Assembly (NCBI GenBank): GCA_965215005.1
Contig: CBDCCZ010000010.1
Span: 128,001 to 192,000 of the forward strand
Direction of reading: 5' to 3'
Source: Kofleriaceae bacterium
Lineage (GTDB): Bacteria > Myxococcota_A > Polyangia > Haliangiales > Haliangiaceae
Length of the DNA stretch: 64,000 nt
Under the pieces are notes generated by a model. The model was given only the letters and a program-made list of their open reading frames with translations, had not been told where the DNA came from and did not search any database. The translations under genes and the position numbers were made by a program. Positions 1 through 12,607 of the stretch are shown here, one piece after another; position 1 is the first letter of the stretch; every line of letters starts with the position of its first letter.

Positions 1-2457
1 GTAGGCCTCGCCGAGTTGCCGCTCCCAGCGTGCGCGCCGCGCAGCCGGTGCATCGGCACCTCGCACGAGCACGCGGCGATAGAAGCTGGCCGCCTCGGCG
101 TGAGCAGCACCGGCGAGCGCATGATCGGCGGCGGCTTCGAGCGCTTGCACTGCCTCACTGCTCACGCCGGCCTCCTCCCAGTGATGAGCAAGCGCGCCAT
201 ACACCAGAGGCAAGTCGGCACGGTCTTTGGCCGCGGCTTCGATGGCACGCGCCGCGTGGCGATGACGCTCCCGACGCTGTTGCAGCGTAAGCGCCCGATA
301 CGCGCCCTCGCGCAGCATGTCGTGCTCGAATCGCAGCCGTCCCGGCTGGTTTTCTGCGACCACGTAGCGGGCCATGAGCTCGCCCAGTGCCGCGAGCGCG
401 CCCGCCTCACGGCCTTCTCTGGCGCCACCGGATGCGGCGTTCTCCGCTGGCGTTTCGCCGTCGCGAGCTTGCTCTGGCTTGCCATGGAACGGCGCGAGCG
501 CCTCGTCCATCGCCAGCAGCGTCTGCACCTCGCACTCGCGGCCGAGGACGGCGGCGTTGGCCAAGAGCCGCTGCGCCGCCGGCGAGAGCGCCGCCAGTCG
601 CCGGTGCACGAGCTCGTGCACCGAGCGCGGCGCGCTCAGTGCCTTCCAATCCTCATCACTGGCGGCAAGCTGCCAGCGACCGTCGCGATCGCGGCGCACC
701 AAACCCACGTCCACGGCAGCCCGGGTGTATTCGGCAACGAAGAACGGAATGCCCTCGGCGCGCTCGCAGAAGCTATCGACGAGCGACGATGGAGCACTGG
801 GCAGTGCGAGCATGTCGCGCACGATGGCGCGAGCGGCCTCGGCGTCGACTCGGTCCAGGACCAGCGGCGAGACCTCGAAGGTCTGCAGCATCGCGGCGAT
901 GGCATCGGCTTCTTCGAGGCGATAGCCGAGCACCAGCAACACGCCGGCGCTGCGCAAGAAGTCGCGCGAGAGGCTCGCGAGGAACGCCAAGGTCAGCTCG
1001 TCGGCCCACTGCAGATCATCGAGCACCAGGAGCATCGGCTGGGCATGCGCGAAGGCCACCAGCGTCTCGCGCAGATACGCGAGCACCCGATAGCGCGCCG
1101 CACTCGCTGGAAGCGCGGCGTTTTCGGTTTCATGGCCGCCGGAGCTCAGCGGCGCGAGTGCCGGCTCATACAGGCCCAGCACCGCAGCACGTCGTCCCAA
1201 CAGGGCAGCGGTCTCCTCGGCGCCGAGCTCGGCACAGCGATCTGCCACGGCCTGCAGGAGCGGCCGCAACGGGTGAAGCGGAGAGCCACGGATCTCGCCG
1301 CCCGGCACCACGGATTTGCACTCGCCGGTGACGATGCTGAGGCCGCGAGCCTGAGCGCGATTGGCAACTTCGGTCAACAAACGCGTCTTACCCACGCCGC
1401 TTTCGCCCGCGAGCAGCACCACGCCGCCCTCACCGTGCTCGAGCCGCGCCACGTGCTCATCAAATTCGGCAAGCCAGCCGCCGCGCCCGCTCAGCGCGGG
1501 CCGATAAGTGTAGGGCATCGGCGGCGACGACTCGGTGGCCCATGGGCTGGCGCCGAGATCTTCGAGGCGCCGGCCGACGGCATCGAGATAGCCAATGCGC
1601 TCGCGCGGGCTCTTGGCGAGCATCGACAGGACGAGCGCGTCGAGGTCTGCATCGAGGTCATCGGCATACCGCGACGGCGGCACCGGCGACTCGTGAAGGT
1701 GGCTATAGAGAACCGCCGAGCGATCCTCGGCGGCAAACGGCGGGCGCCCGGTGAGACCTTCGTAGAGAATGCAGCCAAGCGCATAGATATCGGCGCGTGC
1801 ATCGACCAGCTCGGCGCGAATTTGTTCCGGTGCCATGTAGTGGCAGGTGCCCATCGCCGGCCCCGATACCTGCAAGATGTCGCGACCGCGAGCGCCACGA
1901 AAATGTGCCGCGAGCCCGAAGTCGAACAGAACCGGAGACGCATCGGCGCCGACGAAGATGTTCGCTGGGCTCAGATCGCGGTGCACGAACCCTTGCCCGT
2001 GCAGATACGCCAGCGGCGCGCACAGCCGACAAATGATGGTGAGCAGCGCAAGTCGCTGGCTCGCTGGTGCGGCAGCTGGCGCGCTCGCCACGAAGGAACG
2101 AACGCGCGCCCGTCGCGGGTGCAGATCCACGGTGAGCACACCGTGATGCGACGCCGCTGCAAACCACGTGAGAAACAGCTCGCGCAAAGTCTCCCCCGCG
2201 AGCAGCTCCATCGCATACCAAGGGCGATTTTCCACCGTCCCTTGCCCGAGGATGCGCACCACCCCCGGGTGGCGCACCCGCCGCAGCGTCTCGATCTCGC
2301 GGCGTATCGAGGCCATCGCGGTCTGCGCCGGTGCGCGCACGGTCTTGAGCGCGGCGACACCCCCGGTTTGCAGATCTTGCACCCGATAGACCACGCCCAT
2401 GCCGCCGCTGCCGAGCACGCCTTGAACGCGATAGTCGCCGATGCGTTGGCCGATCAC
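1..2457 (-). CDS. Ser/Thr protein kinase fused to AAA/STAND ATPase and TPR-like region (3' end outside window)
   Basis: Not in ORF track because there is no stop in the window. Manual translation from GTG 2457: MIGQRIGDYRVQGVLGSGGMGVVY..AALK..HRDLSPANI..DFG..YMAPEQ, then GESGVGKT Walker A, LLVLDDLQWAD Walker B, GIPFF. GAGAGG RBS upstream. Confidence 0.9.
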   Translation of the reverse strand, partial: MIGQRIGDYRVQGVLGSGGMGVVYRVQDLQTGGVAALKTVRAPAQTAMASIRREIETLRRVRHPGVVRILGQGTVENRPWYAMELLAGETLRELFLTWFAAASHHGVLTVDLHPRRARVRSFVASAPAAAPASQRLALLTIICRLCAPLAYLHGQGFVHRDLSPANIFVGADASPVLFDFGLAAHFRGARGRDILQVSGPAMGTCHYMAPEQIRAELVDARADIYALGCILYEGLTGRPPFAAEDRSAVLYSHLHESPVPPSRYADDLDADLDALVLSMLAKSPRERIGYLDAVGRRLEDLGASPWATESSPPMPYTYRPALSGRGGWLAEFDEHVARLEHGEGGVVLLAGESGVGKTRLLTEVANRAQARGLSIVTGECKSVVPGGEIRGSPLHPLRPLLQAVADRCAELGAEETAALLGRRAAVLGLYEPALAPLSSGGHETENAALPASAARYRVLAYLRETLVAFAHAQPMLLVLDDLQWADELTLAFLASLSRDFLRSAGVLLVLGYRLEEADAIAAMLQTFEVSPLVLDRVDAEAARAIVRDMLALPSAPSSLVDSFCERAEGIPFFVAEYTRAAVDVGLVRRDRDGRWQLAASDEDWKALSAPRSVHELVHRRLAALSPAAQRLLANAAVLGRECEVQTLLAMDEALAPFHGKPEQARDGETPAENAASGGAREGREAGALAALGELMARYVVAENQPGRLRFEHDMLREGAYRALTLQQRRERHRHAARAIEAAAKDRADLPLVYGALAHHWEEAGVSSEAVQALEAAADHALAGAAHAEAASFYRRVLVRGADAPAARRARWERQLGEAY

Positions 2458-2467
2458 GGCAGCCCTC

Positions 2468-3445
2468 TCACCCGCGCTCGGCGATGACGCGCCCGTTGTC
2501 CATCACGAAGTCGATGGCGGTCCAAAATCCCAGCGGTGACGACACGGCAGCGCTGCCGAGCCCGAGATCACCGGCGATGGGATGGCTGTCGGCGGCGGTG
2601 ATGACGACCTCGTGAGCCGACAAGAAGCCGCCGCCGTGGAACCCGGTGAGCCGCGCCGGCGCTTCGATGACGGCTTGGTAACAGGCCCGACTGCCATCGC
2701 CAGCGTCGCGCAGCTGCTTTAGGAACACCATCGGGACCTCTCCGGTTTGCAGCTCGCGCCACAACGAACGCACCAGGTCCCACGAAAATCCGGCCAGCTC
2801 GCGGCGGTCGCCTAGCCACTGCTCGACCGCGGTGAGTAGCGTCTCAAAGCCGTTCCCGCTCCATCGCGCCTCGCGCGTGAGCCCGCCGGTTGGCGTAGCG
2901 GTCACGAGGCGACTCACCTCACCCTCCGACTGCGGAGCGAACTGGCGGATGAAAAGCGTATCGACCGTGAAGTCGCCCTGCCCCGCCTCAGCAGGCATTG
3001 CCAGGGTGGCGGTCTGTTTGTGAAAGCCCCAGACATCTCGGCCAGTGGCCATTGCCGCGACATTATCGACGAACACGTACGGCAGGTACCAGACCAGCTG
3101 CTCGGGTACGAACCCGCCGTTGCGACGGCGTCCGCGCACCAGCGGCACCCAAAAGCCGAAATCGCGCTCGCGCATCCAGCCTTTGTCGCGCCCGGGGAGA
3201 TTCTGCGAGAATGATTTGGCGATATCCGCGCAAACCATGCAGACCATCGGCATGAGCGGACGATATTCGACGTCGTCACCGAGGACCGGGCCGAGCTGGC
3301 CGGCCACTAGCGCTGCCAAAGCACGCGGATCGGCCTCGAGCAGCAGCGAATACATGGTGGCGCTCTCGAGCACCACGGGCTGACACATGACGATGGCTCC
3401 GCCGACCTCTATATAGGCCGGTAGCTCCGCCAAGGGGCGGCTCAT
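2468..3445 (-). CDS. acetoacetate decarboxylase (ADC)-like family protein
   Basis: YLPYVFVDN..ATGRDVWGFHKQ (ADC GRE.WG.PK motif with Lys) and VFLKQLRD; overlaps upstream gene by 4 nt. Confidence 0.7.
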   Translation of the reverse strand: MSRPLAELPAYIEVGGAIVMCQPVVLESATMYSLLLEADPRALAALVAGQLGPVLGDDVEYRPLMPMVCMVCADIAKSFSQNLPGRDKGWMRERDFGFWVPLVRGRRRNGGFVPEQLVWYLPYVFVDNVAAMATGRDVWGFHKQTATLAMPAEAGQGDFTVDTLFIRQFAPQSEGEVSRLVTATPTGGLTREARWSGNGFETLLTAVEQWLGDRRELAGFSWDLVRSLWRELQTGEVPMVFLKQLRDAGDGSRACYQAVIEAPARLTGFHGGGFLSAHEVVITAADSHPIAGDLGLGSAAVSSPLGFWTAIDFVMDNGRVIAERG

Positions 3446-5442
3446 CGCTCACCTCCATCGCGGGTAGCATCGCCGACGATGTGCACGGGGCGTCCGCAGA
3501 TGGCCCGTGAGGCGTGCATGCCGCCCATCGCAGCTGCCTCGACGCACCCGACGTTCATGCCGGTGCGCAGATAGTCGCCTGCCATGTAGAGGTTCGCAAA
3601 ACAGGTGCCGTGACTGGCGAGTCGATAGCCGACGCTACCCGGCAGCGACAGGACGTAGCGATCGCTCGGGTTGTAGGTCGCAACCCAGTACTGGGTGTCG
3701 AGTCGAGCAGCACCGGCAGCATCGGAGCTTGGCGCTGCCAACACCGACCAGTCGAGACCGTGCACATCGCCACGACGCGCTGCCTCGGGCCAAAGCGGCT
3801 GGATCTCACAATCGAGCCAAGCTTGGGCCAGTACCCGCACCCGCGCCTTCTGCCGCGCGGCATAGCCGTGATCGCTTTGCGGCGGCACCGGCTCATCGTC
3901 GGCGAGCGCGGCGCACAGATACGCGATGCTGCCCGGCTCAGAACCCACGGGCCACGCTTCCCGCGGCACCAGATGGGTCATGTCGGCCCAGGTGTTGAGC
4001 GGATCGGCGTAGGCATCGAGCACAGGGCTCGGCTCGGCCCAGCCCAGGCCGCGCAAGTCGCGCGTCATCCACAGCTGAACCGCCTGCGTCTGCGTGGTGC
4101 CGACGTGCTCGACCATGGCGGCAAGTGGCGCACTGATCGCCAGCAGCGACTTGCAGAGGTGCGGGAACGCGGCGATCGAGATGCCCAAGATGACGTCGTC
4201 GAAGTCGCGACCGCGCTCGAGCACCAGCGGCGGCCTCGAGTCCTTCCAGCTCGTCCACCAGTCTTCCAAATTGCCGCCTGCGGCGCGCAGCGCCTCGCCC
4301 TCGACGATGCGGTCATACAGCGGCTCGCTCGGCCAACACGGCAGTCCTTTGACGCCGATGAGCGGGTCATAGGTGCCGTCGACCGGCGTCACCTGGCGAC
4401 CAATCGTGATGCGCTCGACCGCGTCGCCTGCCGCCGAGGCGGTGAGCTCATCGACGCGATGGAAGAACTCGAACCGCACGCCGCGCCGCATGAGAACCTG
4501 ATAAAGCGGCGCGAAGATGGTATCGCCCATCCCGGCCTGCATCTTCCAGAACACCGCGCCCTTGTAGGTCCAAACCAGCCGTAAGATACCGTGCAGTGCG
4601 GTTCCAGCGCCGATCTGCCCCGGCCCGCTGAACCCCAAGTCGTACATGCCTTTGAGGTAGGCGGACTGCACCGACACCGGGTGCGCGCCATGCTCCGTCA
4701 ACCAAGCGCGAAAGTCGCTATCGTCGATGGACCACCAGTCGTGAGGTGGCCACACGATGCCATCTGCGATCATGCCGCGCATCGCCGCGACGGCGAGATC
4801 GACGGTGACGAAGTCGCGACGCAGGTCCATGTCGCTCTCGAGGCCCTCGGCGACGAGGCCGTGGAGCCACTGGTGCAGCTCTACGAGTGGCTCGTGGAGC
4901 GATGCATCGTGCATGTCGGTCTTGAGCCGGATTTCTGGCCACCTCACAGGATCACTGGGCAATGACTTCGAGCGCACGAACAGCTGCTCGAGCCAACCAA
5001 CGATCATCTCGATGAAGCTCCATGGCGAGGGTAGCTCGCCGCCGGAGCCCGGTTCTTGGCCGTTGCGCGGGAAGTTCATCGGCCACGGCACCCAGCGCTG
5101 TCCGACCCGCTCCATCAGCACGATGTAGTCGTGCGGCGCAAACGCCTGCCGCCACGACGCGAGCGGCTCGTCGGCCCCGCGACCGAGCTCGTCGTAGCAG
5201 CGCCGAAGGACGCTGAAGGCGTTCTCGTAAAACCCCATCAGGATGTGCAGTCCATGCTCTTCGATGCGCTCATAGCAGCGCGCATTGCGCCCGCTCGCCC
5301 CCTTGCCACCGAGTCGCCAGCCGAGCTGGTAGACGGTGATGTCGTAATGATCGCGCCAGTGCGGATCATCGGTTATTTCGAAGACCGCGGTCATTGCACC
5401 GACGCCTCCGCCCAACACGGCTATCTTCCTCCGCTCCCCCAT
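3442..5442 (-). CDS. FAD/NAD(P)-binding oxidoreductase (amine oxidase/carotenoid desaturase-like superfamily)
   Basis: KIAVLGGGVGAM dinucleotide-binding motif, RLGGK, EHGLH, C-terminal NLYMAGDY..GCVEAA. Confidence 0.85.
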   Translation of the reverse strand: MGERRKIAVLGGGVGAMTAVFEITDDPHWRDHYDITVYQLGWRLGGKGASGRNARCYERIEEHGLHILMGFYENAFSVLRRCYDELGRGADEPLASWRQAFAPHDYIVLMERVGQRWVPWPMNFPRNGQEPGSGGELPSPWSFIEMIVGWLEQLFVRSKSLPSDPVRWPEIRLKTDMHDASLHEPLVELHQWLHGLVAEGLESDMDLRRDFVTVDLAVAAMRGMIADGIVWPPHDWWSIDDSDFRAWLTEHGAHPVSVQSAYLKGMYDLGFSGPGQIGAGTALHGILRLVWTYKGAVFWKMQAGMGDTIFAPLYQVLMRRGVRFEFFHRVDELTASAAGDAVERITIGRQVTPVDGTYDPLIGVKGLPCWPSEPLYDRIVEGEALRAAGGNLEDWWTSWKDSRPPLVLERGRDFDDVILGISIAAFPHLCKSLLAISAPLAAMVEHVGTTQTQAVQLWMTRDLRGLGWAEPSPVLDAYADPLNTWADMTHLVPREAWPVGSEPGSIAYLCAALADDEPVPPQSDHGYAARQKARVRVLAQAWLDCEIQPLWPEAARRGDVHGLDWSVLAAPSSDAAGAARLDTQYWVATYNPSDRYVLSLPGSVGYRLASHGTCFANLYMAGDYLRTGMNVGCVEAAAMGGMHASRAICGRPVHIVGDATRDGGER

Positions 5443-5505
5443 AGGGCGAGCATATCGCGCGCCGCGCCGCTTCTGCTTGCGCCGAGTTGGCGCTTTGCGA
5501 TCCGG

Positions 5506-7401
5506 CTACTCGAGGAGGCGAAACAGCTGCGACCAGTCCACGGGCTTGGTGAAGTGATGGTCAAAGCCGGCGGCGTGCGCCAGCGCCTTGTCCTCTTCAC
5601 GTCCAAATCCGGTGACGGCAACGATCATCGCGCTCTCGCCATGGTCGTCGCCGCGAAACTGGCGAGCGAGCTCGTACCCATCCATACCTGGTAGGCCAAT
5701 ATCGAGAAGCACGATCTCGGGATGGAAGTCGCTTGCGACCTCGATGGCGCGCAAGCCGTCGTGCGCCACCTCGACCTGATGACCGCGCGCCTGCAGCAGC
5801 TCGGCTGTGGCCCACGCGGCATCGGTATTGTCATCGACGACCAGCACTCGGCGACCCTCGCCGGTCGTAGGAGGCGGCTCGGTCGCGGCGAGCTCCGGCT
5901 CCGCACGCGGCAGCCGCAGAATCACCTCCGTGCCCGCATCCCGCCCCGCGCTGCGCACCTCGACCGATCCTCGATGCGCCTCGATCAGCGTTTTCACGAG
6001 ACATAGGCCGACGCCAAGCCCACCGCGAGCCCGCTCCGAGACGCCCTGTACGAACGCCTCGCAAACGTGCGGCAACAGCTCCGGCTCGATCCCGATGCCC
6101 TCATCACGCACGCAGATGATCGCGTCACCGCCGCGCGAGGTTGCCGCGACGTGTATGCGACCGCCGGCGGGCGTAAAGCTGAAGGCGTTGTCGAGGACAT
6201 TCACCAGCACCTGCTCGAGCCGCATCGCATCCGCGTCGATGGGAATCGCGGCGGCGCCGAGCTCGACGTGGACCTCGTGCTCACGGCCCGCGACCGAGAC
6301 CGACGCAAGGGCCGCCTCGATGACGCCGCGCAGGTCCAGTCGCCGGCACTCGAGCGGCACGCGGCCATGACGGATGCGCGCGACATCGAGCAGCTCATCG
6401 ACCAAACGCGACATGTGCCCGACTTGCCGGCGCAAGATCGCCCGACTGCGCGCTTCTGCGCCCGGCGCATCGAGAAGCTCGATGGCACCAGCGATGGCCG
6501 CCAGCGGATTGCGCAGCTCGTGGCCGAGCATCGCCAAGAACTCGTCCTTGCGCTGGTCGGCCTCGCTGAGCGCATCTTGTGCCGCGCGGCGAGCGGTGAC
6601 GTCGATCATGACGCCGATGTGGCGACGCGGCCGACCGCTCGGATCGTAGATGACGCGCGCATGCTCTTCGATGACGAGCCAGTGGCCGTCGCGGTGGCGC
6701 ACTCGATACTCGAGCGTGAAGTCTCGTTGCGCGGCGCTTGCCTGCTCGACCTCAAAAAGGCAATCGGCGAGATCATCGGGATGAATGCAACCGAGCCACC
6801 AATCACGGGTTCGGCGCTGCGCCGAATCCTCGCCGATGAGCCGCTCGAGACCATCGAGCGCGACCATTTCGCCGCCATCGAGATCGGTTTCGTAAATCAT
6901 CGCCCCGGCCGCGTCGATAGCGGTGCGAAAGCGGTGCTCGGTGGCGCGCAATGTACGCTCGGCGGCCTCGAGTCGGCGCTGATCATTGGTGAAGGTGGTG
7001 GTCCCTACCCAGCCAGCGACCTCGCCGCCAGCACCTAGTACGGGGGCCACGTGAAGTCGATGCCACAGAAAGCGACCGTCGCGCGCGCGGCGCAATCGAA
7101 CTTCGATGAGCATCGGCTTGCCCGAGCGGCGCGAGTCTTCCCATGCCCGGACCGCGCGGCGTTGATCCTCGGGATGGATGGCCGCAAGCCAGCCATCGGC
7201 AACCTGCTCGAGCACCGCCCCGAGATAGTCACGCGCGCGGCGGTTGAAGAACAGCGGCTTGCCGGCCGCATCCGTGGTCCACACCCAGTGCGGAATTCGA
7301 TCCGCGAGATCGCCGAGCGGCACGCCGAGCGCGGGACCGCCGGTTTCTGAGAAACGATGCTCGTGCGCCATGGGATCCGACGGCAGCGCCGCCTCCTCCA
7401 C
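5506..7401 (-). CDS. PAS-PAS hybrid sensor histidine kinase/response regulator
   Basis: Two PAS/PAC segments (IHPED, IHPDD), LGHELRNPL H-box, GGLGVGL G-box, C-terminal receiver (VVDDN, LLDIGLPGMDG, KP). Start could be ATG 7371. Confidence 0.92.
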   Translation of the reverse strand: MEEAALPSDPMAHEHRFSETGGPALGVPLGDLADRIPHWVWTTDAAGKPLFFNRRARDYLGAVLEQVADGWLAAIHPEDQRRAVRAWEDSRRSGKPMLIEVRLRRARDGRFLWHRLHVAPVLGAGGEVAGWVGTTTFTNDQRRLEAAERTLRATEHRFRTAIDAAGAMIYETDLDGGEMVALDGLERLIGEDSAQRRTRDWWLGCIHPDDLADCLFEVEQASAAQRDFTLEYRVRHRDGHWLVIEEHARVIYDPSGRPRRHIGVMIDVTARRAAQDALSEADQRKDEFLAMLGHELRNPLAAIAGAIELLDAPGAEARSRAILRRQVGHMSRLVDELLDVARIRHGRVPLECRRLDLRGVIEAALASVSVAGREHEVHVELGAAAIPIDADAMRLEQVLVNVLDNAFSFTPAGGRIHVAATSRGGDAIICVRDEGIGIEPELLPHVCEAFVQGVSERARGGLGVGLCLVKTLIEAHRGSVEVRSAGRDAGTEVILRLPRAEPELAATEPPPTTGEGRRVLVVDDNTDAAWATAELLQARGHQVEVAHDGLRAIEVASDFHPEIVLLDIGLPGMDGYELARQFRGDDHGESAMIVAVTGFGREEDKALAHAAGFDHHFTKPVDWSQLFRLLE

Positions 7402-7517
7402 ATTGCCTCATCGGGCGCCGAGATCGCGAGCAACTTTGCAGTGCGATGGCGAGCGCCGTCGCGGCTTCGTGTCGCCCGCCGAACGACGCGCTGCGTCGGC
7501 AGCACCCGCAGCGACCG

Positions 7518-9905
<2,388 letters not shown>

Positions 9906-9962
9906 GGCTTCAGAGGAAGCCGCAAGGTAGCGAGCGCAGCGGCCGACAGCAAGGCCAGTGCG

Positions 9963-10022
9963 ACGCCTCCCCAAGCAATTGTTGCTTTGCTAGTGTTTAC
10001 CGACCAACACCGCAAATCATTG
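9963..10022. repeat. degenerate partial third copy of the ~150-bp CTAG-bounded repeat
   Basis: 9970-9993 cccaagcaattgttgctttgctag matches 44368-44391 at 23/24 positions; the next ~30 nt align only loosely. Confidence 0.65.
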
Positions 10023-10123
10023 GGCAGTGATAGGGCCCGCCTTCGCCGCCGAAAACGCCACGAGCGGCACCGGGGCCGCTCGTGGAGGCGAGAGAAACCT
10101 CGCAAACTCGCTGCGCGTCGTCG

Positions 10124-11623
10124 CTACGGCGCCGCCGTGAGAACCTCGAGGCTCCAGCCGTTGAGGGTGCCGGCGTCCTGCGCGGCGCGGTCATCGACCT
10201 TGAGGCGCCATTCGCCGGTCATGTCGGTGCCATCGAAGTCAGCAATCTCGAAGGTGGCGGCAAGGTCATCTTGGCCGCCGCCGGTGCGCTCATGGAGCAC
10301 CACCGCGCGCTCACCGCGATAGAGCGTAACGGTGAGGTCGCCCCGATACGCATGGGTGATGTTCACGGTGACGCGGAGGTCTTCAATCGAGGCCATCTCG
10401 GCCACGGTGATGGTGCTGGCGACGCCTACCGGATCGTTGTCGGGAATCGCCAAGCTCTCGCTGGATGAGAAGGTGAGCGTCTGGACGTCGGTTCGGCACA
10501 CCGCCGCGTCGCTGCAGTCGGTGTCGTCGCAGTCGATTTGCTGATCGCGATCGTTGTCGGTGCCGTCGTCGCAGATTTCCGCGGCGAGCTCAACAGTCGG
10601 AAGATCGCTCACGTACACGCTGCCATACTCTTCGACGTAGCGCATGGACAGGTAGCCGTAGCCATCGCCATAGGGGTTATCGCGCCCGAAGCTGCCAGTG
10701 CCCCAGCTGTTCTTGAAGATGTAGAAGCCCTTCTCGGTGACCGTGTTGCCAGACGCATCGACAACTGGGTTGCCCTCCGCATCCATGACTGGCACTTCTT
10801 TCTCGTCGTCCCAGCCAACGATGAGGATCGAGTGACCTGCGCGCTTCTCGAGCGAGATTCGCTTGTCGTCATCGTTGGGATAGAGAACGATGCCTTCGCT
10901 CCAATAGTCGCTGTTGACCGGCAACGTTGAAGACCGATGGTTCCACGACTGATAGAAGAACGTGAGACCAACGATGGCCGCGGTTTGGCTGCCAGTGATA
11001 TGGGCTTTGATCGATCCGGTGCTCAGCCATCGACCGCGCGGCAGTGTGTACTTCTGCGCATCGAGCGCGCTCTGCGGCGGCTCGCCATTGGTATAGCAAC
11101 GAGTGGGCAGATCTTCGTCACCTTCGCACGCCGGATCATTGCTGCCATCCCACTGCTGGCTCTCGTAGGGCCAGGCGGCTTCTTCGGGAATGCCGTAGCC
11201 CGAGATAGCGCGCAGGTTGGCGTTGGCGTTGGACCCCGCGGTGTTGGGGAATGCGCCGACTTCGACTTTTGCAGACCACTGCAGATACTGCTCAGAGAAG
11301 TCCGGCGCGGCGATGGTGCCCTCTTTCAAATAAAGATGCTCCATCAACGCGGCAGTCGAGAAGATCGAGCAGACTCCGCGGCTCCCCTGGCTCTTCACCG
11401 GCGACTGCAATGCCACGAGATCGGCGTTGAGCGGCGGATACACAGCATCCGCCTTGTTCTCATCCGGTAGCGTCGCGTTATCCGGAGCATCGGCGAATAG
11501 GGTGTCGTAGTCGGAGACCGGAAAGTCGCCGTCGTACGGGGAAGCGGAGCCCTCGCCGCTGGCGGTACAACCTGCCGCGAGCGATAGCGAGGTAAGAAAG
11601 GCAAAGAGAGCGCTGCGTTGCAT
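10124..11623 (-). CDS. papain-like (C1A) cysteine peptidase lipoprotein with Cys/Asp-rich repeat and proprotein-convertase P-domain
   Basis: Lipobox LAAGC; QGSRGVCSIF, GHSILIVGWDD, FKNSWG catalytic motifs; EICDDGTDNDRDQQIDCDDTDC; P-domain AIPDND..HAYRGDL..GEWRLKVDD. Confidence 0.88.
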   Translation of the reverse strand: MQRSALFAFLTSLSLAAGCTASGEGSASPYDGDFPVSDYDTLFADAPDNATLPDENKADAVYPPLNADLVALQSPVKSQGSRGVCSIFSTAALMEHLYLKEGTIAAPDFSEQYLQWSAKVEVGAFPNTAGSNANANLRAISGYGIPEEAAWPYESQQWDGSNDPACEGDEDLPTRCYTNGEPPQSALDAQKYTLPRGRWLSTGSIKAHITGSQTAAIVGLTFFYQSWNHRSSTLPVNSDYWSEGIVLYPNDDDKRISLEKRAGHSILIVGWDDEKEVPVMDAEGNPVVDASGNTVTEKGFYIFKNSWGTGSFGRDNPYGDGYGYLSMRYVEEYGSVYVSDLPTVELAAEICDDGTDNDRDQQIDCDDTDCSDAAVCRTDVQTLTFSSSESLAIPDNDPVGVASTITVAEMASIEDLRVTVNITHAYRGDLTVTLYRGERAVVLHERTGGGQDDLAATFEIADFDGTDMTGEWRLKVDDRAAQDAGTLNGWSLEVLTAAP

Positions 11624-11637
11624 GGCCGACGCCGATT

Positions 11638-11653
11638 TGCGGCTTTTGTGCCA
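11638..11653 (-). promoter_or_regulatory. putative sigma54 -24/-12 promoter of the C1A peptidase
   Basis: TGGCACAAAAGCCGCA, GG-N10-GC spacing, 14 nt upstream of ATG 11623. Confidence 0.5.
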
Positions 11654-11782
11654 ATGGTCTTTATCGTGTAAGCAGCGAGACTTACTAGATTTCAGCCGCC
11701 GCCCCGTCGCGCTGCCGCGCAACGCCAGCTGCCCTCGCCGGCCGCTCGGGTTGCCACTTCGGACAATCGGCCTGTGAAGATT

Positions 11783-12544
11783 TCACTTGGGCTGCATCCG
11801 CAGCGCGCCATCGAGCCGAATGACCTCGCCGTTGAGATACGAGTTCTCGCAGATGGCCGCGACCAGCGCCGCAAACTGCGCGGGATCGCCGAGCTGCTTG
11901 GGGAACACGACATTGGCGGCCAAAGCCTCGCGCGCTTTGTCGGGCAGCGAGGCGAGCATCGGCGTGTCGAAGATGCCCGGCGCAATCGTGCAGACGCGAA
12001 CGCCAACTGGAGCGAGATCACGAGCCGCCGGCAACGTCATGCCAACGACGCCCGCCTTCGACGATGCATAGGCGATTTGCCCCACCTGGCCCTCAAAGGC
12101 CGCAATCGACGCGGTGTTGACGATCACGCCGCGCTCGCCCTCGGCGGTAGGCTCGGTGGCCGCCATCGCCGCCGCCGCCAGCCGCATGACATTGAAGGTG
12201 CCGATGAGGTTGACGGTCACGACCTTCTGGAAAAAATCCAGCGGGCACGGGTTGCCCTCCCGATCGAGAAGGCGCTTTGGCCAACCGACGCCGGCGCAGC
12301 TCACCGCGACGCGAAGCGGCCCGAGCTCGCGGGCAGCGGCGATCGCTTGCTGGACCTGCTCCTCACTCGACACGTCGGCCTCGGCGAAGACGCCGCCGAG
12401 CTCTGCGGCCAGCGCATTGCCCTTATCGCCGTCGAGGTCGACAATGACCACGCGCGCTCCCGCGCTGGCCAAGTGTCGCGCGGTGGCCCCGCCGAGGCCC
12501 GAGGCGCCGCCGGTTACGAGAGCGACTGCTCCATCCAGTTTCAT
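11783..12544 (-). CDS. SDR family 3-hydroxyacyl-CoA dehydrogenase (HSD17B10/type II-like)
   Basis: TGGASGLG, NTASIAAFEGQVGQIAYASSK, NGEVIRLDGALRM. Confidence 0.93.
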   Translation of the reverse strand: MKLDGAVALVTGGASGLGGATARHLASAGARVVIVDLDGDKGNALAAELGGVFAEADVSSEEQVQQAIAAARELGPLRVAVSCAGVGWPKRLLDREGNPCPLDFFQKVVTVNLIGTFNVMRLAAAAMAATEPTAEGERGVIVNTASIAAFEGQVGQIAYASSKAGVVGMTLPAARDLAPVGVRVCTIAPGIFDTPMLASLPDKAREALAANVVFPKQLGDPAQFAALVAAICENSYLNGEVIRLDGALRMQPK

Positions 12545-12574
12545 TGCATCCTCCTAGCGTGAATGGGAAGCGCG

Positions 12575-12584
12575 AAGGTACCAT
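12575..12584. promoter_or_regulatory. bidirectional -10 pair (TACCAT on +, TACCTT on -) sharing a central TA
   Basis: aaggTAccat lies between divergent genes 12544(-) and 12608(+); both genes have GGAGG SD sequences. Confidence 0.5.
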
Positions 12585-12607
12585 CCGCGCGCTTTTGCGG
12601 AGGGACC

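Noticed and set aside
16..2487. 823-aa plus-strand ORF
   Set aside because: Antisense shadow of the minus-strand kinase gene; no motifs. Long shadow ORFs are expected at this GC content.
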